Both the position numbers and the translations under genes were made by a program. Source: Eledone cirrhosa (lineage: Eukaryota). Taken from it: a DNA stretch of 64,000 nucleotides. The DNA lies in the NCBI GenBank assembly GCA_964016885.1, contig OZ024743.1:175832001-175896000 (forward strand), given 5' to 3'. Of this stretch, positions 13,321 to 22,672 are shown piece after piece. The notes beneath the pieces are model-generated. The model ran no database searches, was not told where the DNA came from, and saw nothing but the letters and a program-made list of their open reading frames with translations. Numbering within the stretch: the first letter of the stretch is position 1; each line of letters begins with the position of its first letter.

Positions 13321-14629
13321 ATTACAGGGAAAAATGCGGGCGCATGTAAAGAAATATTCTTAAATTAATAAACCTAGAAAAATAAAGTTATTACACCTGG
13401 AAAAGTAAAGGACAAGAAAACTTCTTCTTAAAACTTCTTAAAATATTGCAGCTAAAGTCTAAATTTGAAAAAAAATATTTAGATTATAAAACTAAAAATA
13501 AATAATTATAAGTTAATTGTTAAAAAAATATCACTTTAAAGGACTGGAAAAATGACTGTCTTATAGGGAGAGTTGACTACTGTATACTTAATTTTTTTCT
13601 TGGTGTATACAAATTAATCTTTTTAAAATAAAATTTGTACAATAATTTGTACAATAATTAATTAATAATAATAATAATTAATATGTACAATTTATTAATT
13701 TATGTTATAAGATATTTAAATATTTTCACTCCTAATCAAATTATATTTTTAAAAATTTAGTTATAAAATAATGCAGTAAAATAAATCAAAAACAGTGCAT
13801 CATATAATTGCACTTTTTATGAGTATTACAGATTTTTTTTTATAATATAGTAAAATTCAACATCTCAAGGGGCAAAATTAGGTAAAAGTCAATTCATCAA
13901 TTATTCATTTATAGTGAATCAATCAATTATAGTGAATTCATCAATTCATTAGATGAACTGTTGAATTAGACAATGTTTAATTTTTAATTGTAGTCTAATT
14001 TTACTCTACCTAAAAATGTAGATTGGTTATTTTGATCTCTGACAGATCTTAAATTTCATTCAAATCCCGCCGAGGTTGACTTTGCCTTTCATCCTTACGG
14101 GGTCGATGAAATAAAGTACCAGTAACGCACTGGGTAATTGCTGGCCTTGTGCCTAAAGTAGAAACAATTATTAAACAATTATAATTTGTTATTATTTATC
14201 ATTACAGTTGGCTCCCTAATTAATTATTAATTAATTGTTAGTGTCATTTACACGCCAACAGTTTGTTTTATTTGATGTTTATAATTGTCACTCATTTTTT
14301 CAGTCCCATTTAGTAAAGTAAAATAAAGTATATTTATTTAATGACCCAACCACTATGGTGTAAATTAGGATCACAAAATTAAATAAATGATCATAAATTA
14401 GTATTATTATCAATTAGAGAGTCAACTGTATTATTAGAATTTATCACTTTCTATGTATATTTAAATCAAATATTTTTTATTATTCAAATTTATACTATAG
14501 CAGCAATATTTTAAGAAGTTTTAAGAAGAAGTTTTCTTGTCCTTTACTTTTCCAGGTGTAATAACTTGTCCTTTACTTTTCTAGGTTTAAGAATATTTCT
14601 TTACATGCGCCCGCATTTTTCCCTGTAAT
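13321..14629. mobile_element. AT-rich fold-back element with long imperfect inverted arms
   Basis: attacagggaaaaatgcgggcgcatgtaaagaaatattcttaaa.. at 13321 is mirrored by ..tttaagaatatttctttacatgcgcccgcatttttccctgtaat ending 14629; similarity decays inward; a SINE is inserted in the right arm. Confidence 0.75.
14045..14170 (+). mobile_element. tRNA-derived SINE, 5' truncated
   Basis: ttcaaatcccgccgaggttgactttgcctttcatccttacggggtcgat..tagaaacaat. Confidence 0.85.
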
Positions 14630-14746
14630 ATATATATGTGTGTGTTCTGTTATTAATTCTGGCAATATTATTACACAAATATGACCCTCCCCAAGAATAA
14701 CAATATTTGTTTCGACACACGATTTCATATCAAAAACCTCGCAAAA

Positions 14747-14790
<44 letters not shown>

Positions 14791-14791
14791 A

Positions 14792-14840
14792 GATTCCTGA
14801 TGATTTCTAAAGAATGAAACAGTTCTAGTTCTGTAGAATC
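14792..14840 (+). ncRNA. Type I hammerhead ribozyme, family D
   Basis: Same motif as 12631-12679. Confidence 0.85.
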
Positions 14841-14918
14841 TCATCTATATTAAAACTATATATATATATATATATATTGGTAAACGGAATAGTTTTAATA
14901 TAGTTTTAATATAGATGA

Positions 14919-14967
14919 GATTCTACAGGACTAGAAGTGTTTCATTCTTTAGAAATCATCAGGAATC
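14919..14967 (-). ncRNA. Type I hammerhead ribozyme, family D, convergent partner of 14792-14840
   Basis: Reverse complement copy, one substitution in helix III. Confidence 0.78.
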
Positions 14968-14970
14968 TCT

Positions 14971-15001
<31 letters not shown>

Positions 15002-15236
15002 TCTGTTATTGATTCTGGCAATATTATTACACAAATATGACCCTCCCCAAGAATAACAATATTTGTTTCGACACACGATTTCATATAAAAAACCTCGCAA
15101 AACTAATATATATATGTATATATATAGTAATAATAATAAATTTGAAGACTAAAATCCAAAGAGGGCTCGATAAGGATAAATATATATCAAATATATAAGA
15201 ACCGTAGAGCAAATATTTATTAAAATAACAGATTAA

Positions 15237-15287
15237 AGTTTAAGCAAAGAATCGCTGCTTTCACCCTCAACGGGATCTTCTGAAACT
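15237..15287 (-). ncRNA. Type I hammerhead-like fold with A at core position 4 (CAGAAGA) in the PLE-2 pLTR
   Basis: agttt CAGAAGA tCCC gttga GGGt GAAA GCA..TGC TT aaact; all three helices pair; same core at 17402 and 46096-46144. Confidence 0.65.
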
Positions 15288-15427
15288 AACAAAGTCAATC
15301 TGTAAACGCAGAACTGGATATTTAAAAAAACGTTGCAATCGGAGGAAGACAGGAAGACGATACTTTGGTTCGTGGAAACGTTCGCTGGCAAAGAACGGGA
15401 AAAAACGAATAATACGTATAGATCATA

Positions 15428-17400
15428 CTATCCGTTAGGGTATAAAGTGGGGCTGTAATACAGGAAAGTTTTGTACAATTTATGTTTACAAGCCGAAATC
15501 GCCTCAGATTTTTTGTTTAAGATGTGGTCTGTGGCGTAGAGTATTTCCAGGGCCTCAGCGGCGCAGAGGTCACATGGTCTTTTATTTCCGTTATACGATC
15601 TAGCCCTAGCTAGGATCTCCCAGTGTAACTTATATTGGGTGTGGTTGTCTTTTAGACTCCAGATATAAGCTGAAAGTGACGTCATATTCCTTCTTAGAGG
15701 GTAACGAAAAGAATGGGCATGCATGTAGAGTCGCTGCTTGAAACTATTGTCGGTTAACCCTATGTAGGCCCTAAGGGACGTGGGTGTTACAACCTTACAT
15801 TTGTAGACAATGTTACTAGAGAGGCATTTCCCGGATATGGGGAAATCAGCCCGATTCCTACAATTACAGTTAGTACTAACTACAGGGTTGCACGTGTTCC
15901 TACGGCTAGGTAGTTTAGCTAAATTTGAAGCTGTGATGTTATGTGCAAGGTTAGGAGTCGTAGAGTAAGAAATTTTAATAGTATTTCTATTAAAAATTTT
16001 ACTATATTTATGTGTAGGGGGAAAATGCTTCGTAATAAGGGAAAGAAAGATCATAGCTAATGGTGTGGCCACCTCCATATTATATGGTGGGTTATACCAA
16101 TAAATGCGACGGGATCTATTTCTTCTAGGTCTATTTTCGTACTCAGTATAAGCTACCTTATCGACAAATCCACTTCGAGCAAGAGCTTCATTGTGATAAG
16201 TGGAATGGTCGTTGAAAATACGCTCGTTGGTGGAAAGACGGGAAAGCCTCAACGAAACGTTTCTTACCAGGTTCTTGGTTATGCTGGCAGGATGGTTGGA
16301 ATGCTTACTTATGTAATTAAGCGTATCATTCGGCTTTCTATACGGGTAATACAACCCATTCAATAAATTGAGGGTAACGTCGAGGTAATTAACGACCGAG
16401 AGATTGCCCTCAACCTGTATAGAGAGGTTGAAGCCTTTAAAGAAGGCTGTGAGTTCTTTTCTGAACCTGTCGCAAGCACGAGGTCCGCACTTAGTCATGG
16501 TCAAAAGACCGCCCGCGTTGGGGAATTCGTCCTTGATAGAGAAAAGAAGGAAAAGGCCAATAAGATCAGTAACCTCCGCAGAGTCACTGGCGCCCATACT
16601 CACGTCGAATGGGGTACTATTGGATTTTTTAATCCAAATAGAGTCGTCGAAATTAATCACCGACTTTCGGGCATTAAGGATGACATCAACTTCGAAATCC
16701 TTAACCACTGTGAGTGTTTTAGCGAAATTGATAGCTCTAAGGAGAAGTGGTAAAGTGATGGAGGAGTAGTAATTGTTGATGTCGAATTGGATAAAACGGC
16801 AATGTTCCTTGTTACATATGCCGTTGAAACAATCAATCACCGCGAAAGAATTGTTCCACAGTGCGAGAGGGGCCAAACTTCTAATTTCAGGTATAATTCT
16901 ATCAAGAATCGTTTTACTAAGTCTACCTAAATCGGACTTCGTAGGGTTAATAAGCCGAATAGAGGGGTTGTTCAGAAAATTGGATTTGTGATCATTCAGG
17001 GTAAAGTGGGGAGAAATAGGGTCCAAAGGTTCGGTCCGGTCCAGGCTGTTGAGATCAGATGTGATTTTAAACCCATCATCGTTGATTTCATTGATGAAGT
17101 ATCGATTAGTTTTACGGTAATCCTTAGTTACAGCATTATGTAGTAGTTGATGGTAAGTACTGCGCTCCACTTGATTTAGGTTGCCAGTTTTGTCGGAATG
17201 GACGTGCACGGCGTTAGAATCCTTAATAGAACGAATTCTATTCTTCAGGTCTTGCTGGAAGGCATTGCTCCTATTCCGAAATTTGATGCTCCGAATGAGT
17301 TCCAAGATATCATTTTCGAAGGGTAGCAATGCTGGGTTCCACGGGGGGTTATTATAGGTTTTAAATCCAAATTTATCCTGTTTGTTGTCTGCTTTTCGCG
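15428..17400 (-). CDS. PLE RT + GIY-YIG endonuclease, uninterrupted frame but lacking the YRDD catalytic motif
   Basis: SDKTGN, LNDHK, IRLINP, FDINNYYSSI, VSMGASD, NYLDVTLNL, WYNPPY, CNCRN, NIVYKC..AYIG, FKQRLYMH, CDLC; reads PNAGGLLTM where GLYRDDGL is expected; the frame stays open to the junction at ~17400. Confidence 0.88.
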
Positions 17401-17467
17401 GCAGAAGATCCCGTTAAGGGTGAAAGCAGCGATTCTTTGCTTAAACTTTAATCTGTTATTTTAATAA

Positions 17468-17499
<32 letters not shown>

Positions 17500-17510
17500 T
17501 GTCCTCCACC

Positions 17511-17587
17511 TACCCCCCACTCTCCTGAGCGTGAATCTAATAAACATTTGTCGTACTGCCTCTCTGTTCTGTCCCTGTTCAATTTTT

Positions 17588-17592
<5 letters not shown>
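17511..17592 (+). mobile_element. Solo pLTR 3' fragment related to PLE-3
   Basis: cccactctcctgagcgtgaa..aataaacatt..gtactgcctctctgtt..cctgttcaa matches 22170-22245 and 26885-26955. Confidence 0.8.
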
Positions 17593-17643
<51 letters not shown>

Positions 17644-17726
17644 CATTATAAAGAAAGAAGAAACATTAGATATAAATAAAAAGATATAATATACCTAAAT
17701 TCCTTCATATATATATATATATATAT

Positions 17727-17880
17727 ACGTTATTCCGGGTTGAATCGGAGGTAATCACAGTAAGTAAGGTACTCAATACATAGCAGAGTATAAAAGTTTT
17801 AATATAGATGAGATTCTACAGGACTAGAACTGTTTCATTCTTTAGAAATCATCAGGAATCTGGCTTTCCCAAAATAGATG
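17727..17880 (-). mobile_element. Family D pLTR-like element with hammerhead at 17812-17860
   Basis: Near-identical to 59258-59392; intact HHR on the minus strand. Confidence 0.82.
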
Positions 17881-18025
17881 TGATATTTATAGCTCTTTTC
17901 AGGTGGTAGGAGAGGCTGAGGAGTGGGATGGGTAGAGGTCATTGGTTGATAGAAAAGGAGATATACATATATATATGTATATACGATATTAAACAAATGG
18001 AAACTATATTTATAAAACCATATTT

Positions 18026-18089
18026 ATTTCATTATACATATTTCAGGGATACCATATTAAAAATATGGCATGCCTTCGTCAGATAAAAT
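18026..18089 (-). ncRNA. Type I hammerhead ribozyme, family F
   Basis: attttat CTGACGA aggcATGCCATATT ttt AATATGGTATccct GAAA T atgt A TA atgaaat; homologous copy at 46615-46678. Confidence 0.8.
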
Positions 18090-18453
18090 ACAATATATAA
18101 CCAGTTTTATAAATAATTTTGACGTACCATAAATATAGCGACCATTAAGGTAGGAGGCTGGCTTGGTAGTGAAGTGTTTATAAATATTTAGTGTTAATCA
18201 CAGTTACAAATAAAGACGGAGAAAAAGAAGAAATGTATGTAAAGAAAAACAGAGAGAAATAGAGAGAAATAGGGGAGTGAGAAAGAGGGAGGAGGTAAAA
18301 AAGAGAGGCAACCGAAGGCAACAGATGAATAATAATAATTCATCATACAAATTGAGAGATTTAAGAAGGAGGGAGTACCGTAATTATTTAGTTATAGTGT
18401 TAAGCACAGTTAGAGAGGAGACAGACTGAAAGAAAAAAAATGTATGTATATAT

Positions 18454-18557
18454 ATATCTATCTATCTAAGGCGGGTAAAATTCCCGAGATCCATGGACGA
18501 GTTCTCTCCAGCGGTCTCTGTCCCTCATTATCGCTGCCATGTCCTGCGTCTCCATGT
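18454..18557 (-). mobile_element. Extreme 3' end of a LINE with (TAGA)n tail
   Basis: Minus strand reads ..MRDRDRWRELV..PP* (DRxxWR C-terminal motif of RTE-like LINEs) followed by tagatagataga. Confidence 0.6.
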
Positions 18558-18594
18558 ATATATATGTATATATATGTATATATATATATGTATA

Positions 18595-18636
<42 letters not shown>

Positions 18637-18639
<3 letters not shown>

Positions 18640-18820
18640 CGAAGGAAATGTGGTAAGGAACCAGGTGGACCATAACGCACCAAAGTACTCAATACTTAGG
18701 GTAGTAGAGTGGGTAATAGGAACGAGTAGGACCTCGATGGCTGAGCTCAAGCCGTTTCGGCGGGTAATTAGCCGTCGAAGCGGCTTGAGCTCAGCCTTCG
18801 GGGTCCTACTCGTTCCTATA
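18637..18820. mobile_element. Family E fold-back element (hairpin containing the 3' half of a hammerhead)
   Basis: Palindrome ~18716-18819; further copies at 19343-19540 and 59477-59670. Confidence 0.8.
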
Positions 18821-19015
18821 TATATATATATACATATGTGATAGATTATTTACTGTATGAAAATGGAAGAAGTTATTACTTTTATAGTTATAATCATTCT
18901 TTAAAATTGTCAATTTTCAACTCGTTCATTGTAATTATATTTGGAAGTACTGCTGTGATTTTAAAGTTCTATAAATACGTCTTGTGTTTGATTTTCAATT
19001 ATATCATGAATCACA

Positions 19016-19277
19016 TTAGTTTTCCAAGCTGGCAACTCCTCTATAGTACAAGCGAATCGTTATATATTGTCTTACAATAATATTAATCTCCACGTCAGGC
19101 CATTCTTGGACTGTTTACACCTGCTGATGTCATAAGGGCGCATTTAAAAGGTAGGACAAAAAAGAATAAATATAGATCAATTTATATTAAACAACAAAAA
19201 TAATAAAGAGAAGAAGATGAAACTGATTTGGCATCTTTTATATGCACATGTAAATTTATAGTCCGTTGGTGTGTGTG

Positions 19278-19346
<69 letters not shown>

Positions 19347-19535
19347 CGAAGGAAATGTGGTAAGGAACCAGGTGGACCATAACGCACCAAAGTACTCAAT
19401 ACTTAGGGTAGTAGAGTGGGTAATAGGAACAAGTAAGACCCCGACGGCTGAGCTCAAGCCGTTTCGACGGCTAATTCTGTCGGCAGAATTAGCAGTCGAA
19501 ACGGCTTGAGCTCAGCCGTCGGGGTCTTACTTGTT

Positions 19536-19601
<66 letters not shown>

Positions 19602-19604
19602 ACA

Positions 19605-19652
<48 letters not shown>

Positions 19653-19918
19653 GCGGACTGTAAATTTACATGTGTATATAAAAGATGCAAAATCAGTTTC
19701 ATCTTCAACTCTTTATTATATCTGTTGTTTAATATAAATTGATCTATTTTTTTTTATCTATAATTTTTTTTAAATGTTCCTACCTTTTAAATGTTGCCTT
19801 ACGACACCAGCAGGTGTAAACAGTCCAAGAATGGCCTGGCGTGGAGATCAATATTATTGTAAGAGAATATATAACGATTCGCTTGTACTATAGCGGAGTT
19901 GCCAGCTTGGAAAACTAA
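19016..19918. repeat. ~265 bp inverted repeat pair (19016-19280 / 19640-19918) enclosing a family E element
   Basis: ttagttttccaagctggcaactcc.. is mirrored by ..ggagttgccagcttggaaaactaa. Confidence 0.85.
19343..19540. mobile_element. Family E fold-back element
   Basis: Near-perfect palindrome 19423-19540 containing GAAACGGCT tgagctc AGCCGTC gggg. Confidence 0.82.
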
Positions 19919-19963
19919 TATATATATACACACAGACATAGACACAGACATACACACACACAC

Positions 19964-20023
<60 letters not shown>

Positions 20024-20372
20024 ATGTATGTATATATGGCCCATAGTGACGAAATCCTGATTTGAAATACTTGTGTGTATATATAAACATATATATATAT
20101 ATATATATATATATAACAACTAGAAATTGATTAACATATAAATAAACATATGAAACAATCACAGGGGATAATTTTTACAAGTGTGTAAGCACACATAGCT
20201 AGGTAGGTAACAAAATAAAGTTAACTAGAACTTCAAAAATAGATACCTTATAATATGATTAATCTTCCCTAGAATCTCGGAGCTTATTTTACGGGTGATA
20301 TGGCGCATGCCTTTCTGGCATGACACCCATAATTTTGATTTAGATTAAATTCATTTTGATTTATCTCAATTT

Positions 20373-20448
<76 letters not shown>

Positions 20449-21242
20449 GGCCATAGTGACCAAATCCTGATTTGAAAGACTTGTGTATATATATATATAC
20501 AAACCATTTATGTTAGGCTGTTTATCAATGGGCAGAACAGGTGGTTTGATTTGGTAATCAATAATGCAATGAATTAATTAAAGCGCTGAACGTTATGAAA
20601 ATCATCTATCGTAGCTGTGGTATCCCCCCGTGGTTGCTACAGGAACAGCAGCAGAAGGCTGGATTGGAAAATTTACTTTAGAATTTTAATACCGCGAAAT
20701 CACAGTACATATTTCGATGAATTTGCACCATCAAGCGATTATGTTTCAAGACTAGACGATTTCATCAGGTGATATTTTCATAATTATATAACAGGACTAC
20801 GTTGAACCCAAACAGAGAATAGAAAATAGAAAAAGAAAATATAGGACCAATTCGATTCGGGAACCGTCTGACATCGATATAATTGGCAACCGGTCTCCGA
20901 ATAGTATCGGTCCTCTATATCCTATCACAATTTTTCTGTCTTCTGTTCTCTTAAATTGTCACAGCAACAGTAAATGACATAGTATTGCTATTTTCTTTTT
21001 TGCTTGTTTTTATTTAATTCTTTTCGGAATTAAGAAATTCCGTGTGTTCCAAAACATTGGTATACAGATTTCAAAAATCAAATCTGTATTTCTCTGGGAT
21101 GCACCGTTTTGTAATCTTTTGGTGATATACATACATTTATACAAACATACATACACACCTTCACTCTCAACTATATAGCAGATATAGGAACAAATAAGTA
21201 GTTTATGGCAATAGATTGTCAGAATCCTTAGAGAGATAGGAT

Positions 21243-21342
21243 GGAGGTTGACTTTGCCTTTCATCCTTACGGGGTCGATAAAATAAAGTACCAGTAATGC
21301 ACTGGGTCATTGCTGGCCTTGTGCCTAAAGTAGAAACAATTA
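21243..21342 (+). mobile_element. tRNA-derived SINE, 5' truncated
   Basis: gaggttgactttgcctttcatccttacggggtcgataaaataaagtaccag.. Confidence 0.85.
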
Positions 21343-22672
21343 TTTATGCCGCTTCTGAGTACAAATTCAGTCGTAGCCTACTTGATTGGTACACTTAATC
21401 AGTTACCCGATTTAACATCACCACCGAGTCACTATGTGGCGCTAGTGAACTCCACAAAGCTGCAAACACCTATCAGGTTTTCTGGTTGATGATGCTTGTC
21501 ACTCTCTCCTCTCTCTCACCTTCTCTCTGTCACTCCATCCACACTCTCACCCTCTCTCTTTCACTCCATCCACTCTCACTCCCTCTCTATTATACTCCTT
21601 CCACTCTCTCACCCTCTCTCTGTCACTCCATCCAACTCTCATCCTCTTTCACTCCATCCACACTTTCACTCCAACCTCTTTCTCAGCCATTCTCTTTTAT
21701 AACAGTCTTTGTTATCCAGAAAATAGTAAATAGCACTGGCCTACCTCCCGACAATACAAATGTAATCAATATTGAATTGCTGACAATAAAAGAAAAACAT
21801 TAATTTTATAAATGTTGTAAACGGAGTAATTCTATTAAATACAGAACTGAAGTGATAACAAGTTAAATATATAGCAACACATTTTAAGTTTGTCAATGAT
21901 ATTATAATGAGCCTATCCATCTATTGATTTATATATAAGTATACACTTACACATAGGCATAACCATACACACACACTACACACACACACACACACACACA
22001 CACACCCATATATATATATATATATATACATACATATGTATATACATACATATACATACATACATATACATACATATACATACATATGTACATACATACA
22101 TACATATATATATATATATATTTTCACCTGAAGAAGGGCTAATACCCGAAACATCGTTCCCCACCACCACCCCACTCTCCAGAGCGTGAAATGAATAAAC
22201 ATTCGTTGTACTGCCTCTCTGTTTTGTTCCTGTTCAAATTGTCCATTATATATAATACACGCTCACACGGCTTCCATTCCTTTGGAACATAACTTAACTA
22301 CCGGCTCAACCCCGATCTAATCCGCCGTGACCACTCTCTGAACTTTACACACCTTCCCACACTTGGTCTTTCCTTCCACGCATTACCTTTGTTTGATTTT
22401 GTTACTGTACTTGTTTATTTCCGTATATGATTTTTTGCCTGTGTTCTTACAATTTTATTTCTATGATTTTTTGTTCACGATTGCCTGTGTTTTTACCTTT
22501 ATGATTTTTTGTCTTTAATTTTTCTGTGTTTACTCCCCCCTCCTTACGTTTTTCTGTTTCATTTTCCCTTCCCCGTCTCTGCCTATCCTTCGCACTCACT
22601 CCTTCGTTCACTCCACCCCGCTTCACACACCTGCTTTCTCATCCCTCCCCCTGCTTTCACCCAACGCCCACC

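Larger units (their letters stand above)
15128..17470 (-). mobile_element. Penelope-like retroelement PLE-2 (Naiad-type), 5' truncated with an inverted pLTR piece
   Basis: 3' pLTR ~15128-15420; 17402-17470 is the reverse complement of ~15214-15282; (TA)n on both sides. Confidence 0.92.

Noticed and set aside
15830-15870. CNCRxxxxFP instead of CP in both PLE-2 and PLE-5
   Set aside because: A single-base change in each; two copies cannot distinguish a subfamily trait from coincidence
20735-20775. CTGATGA..GAAAC on the minus strand
   Set aside because: No convincing helix II or cleavage triplet
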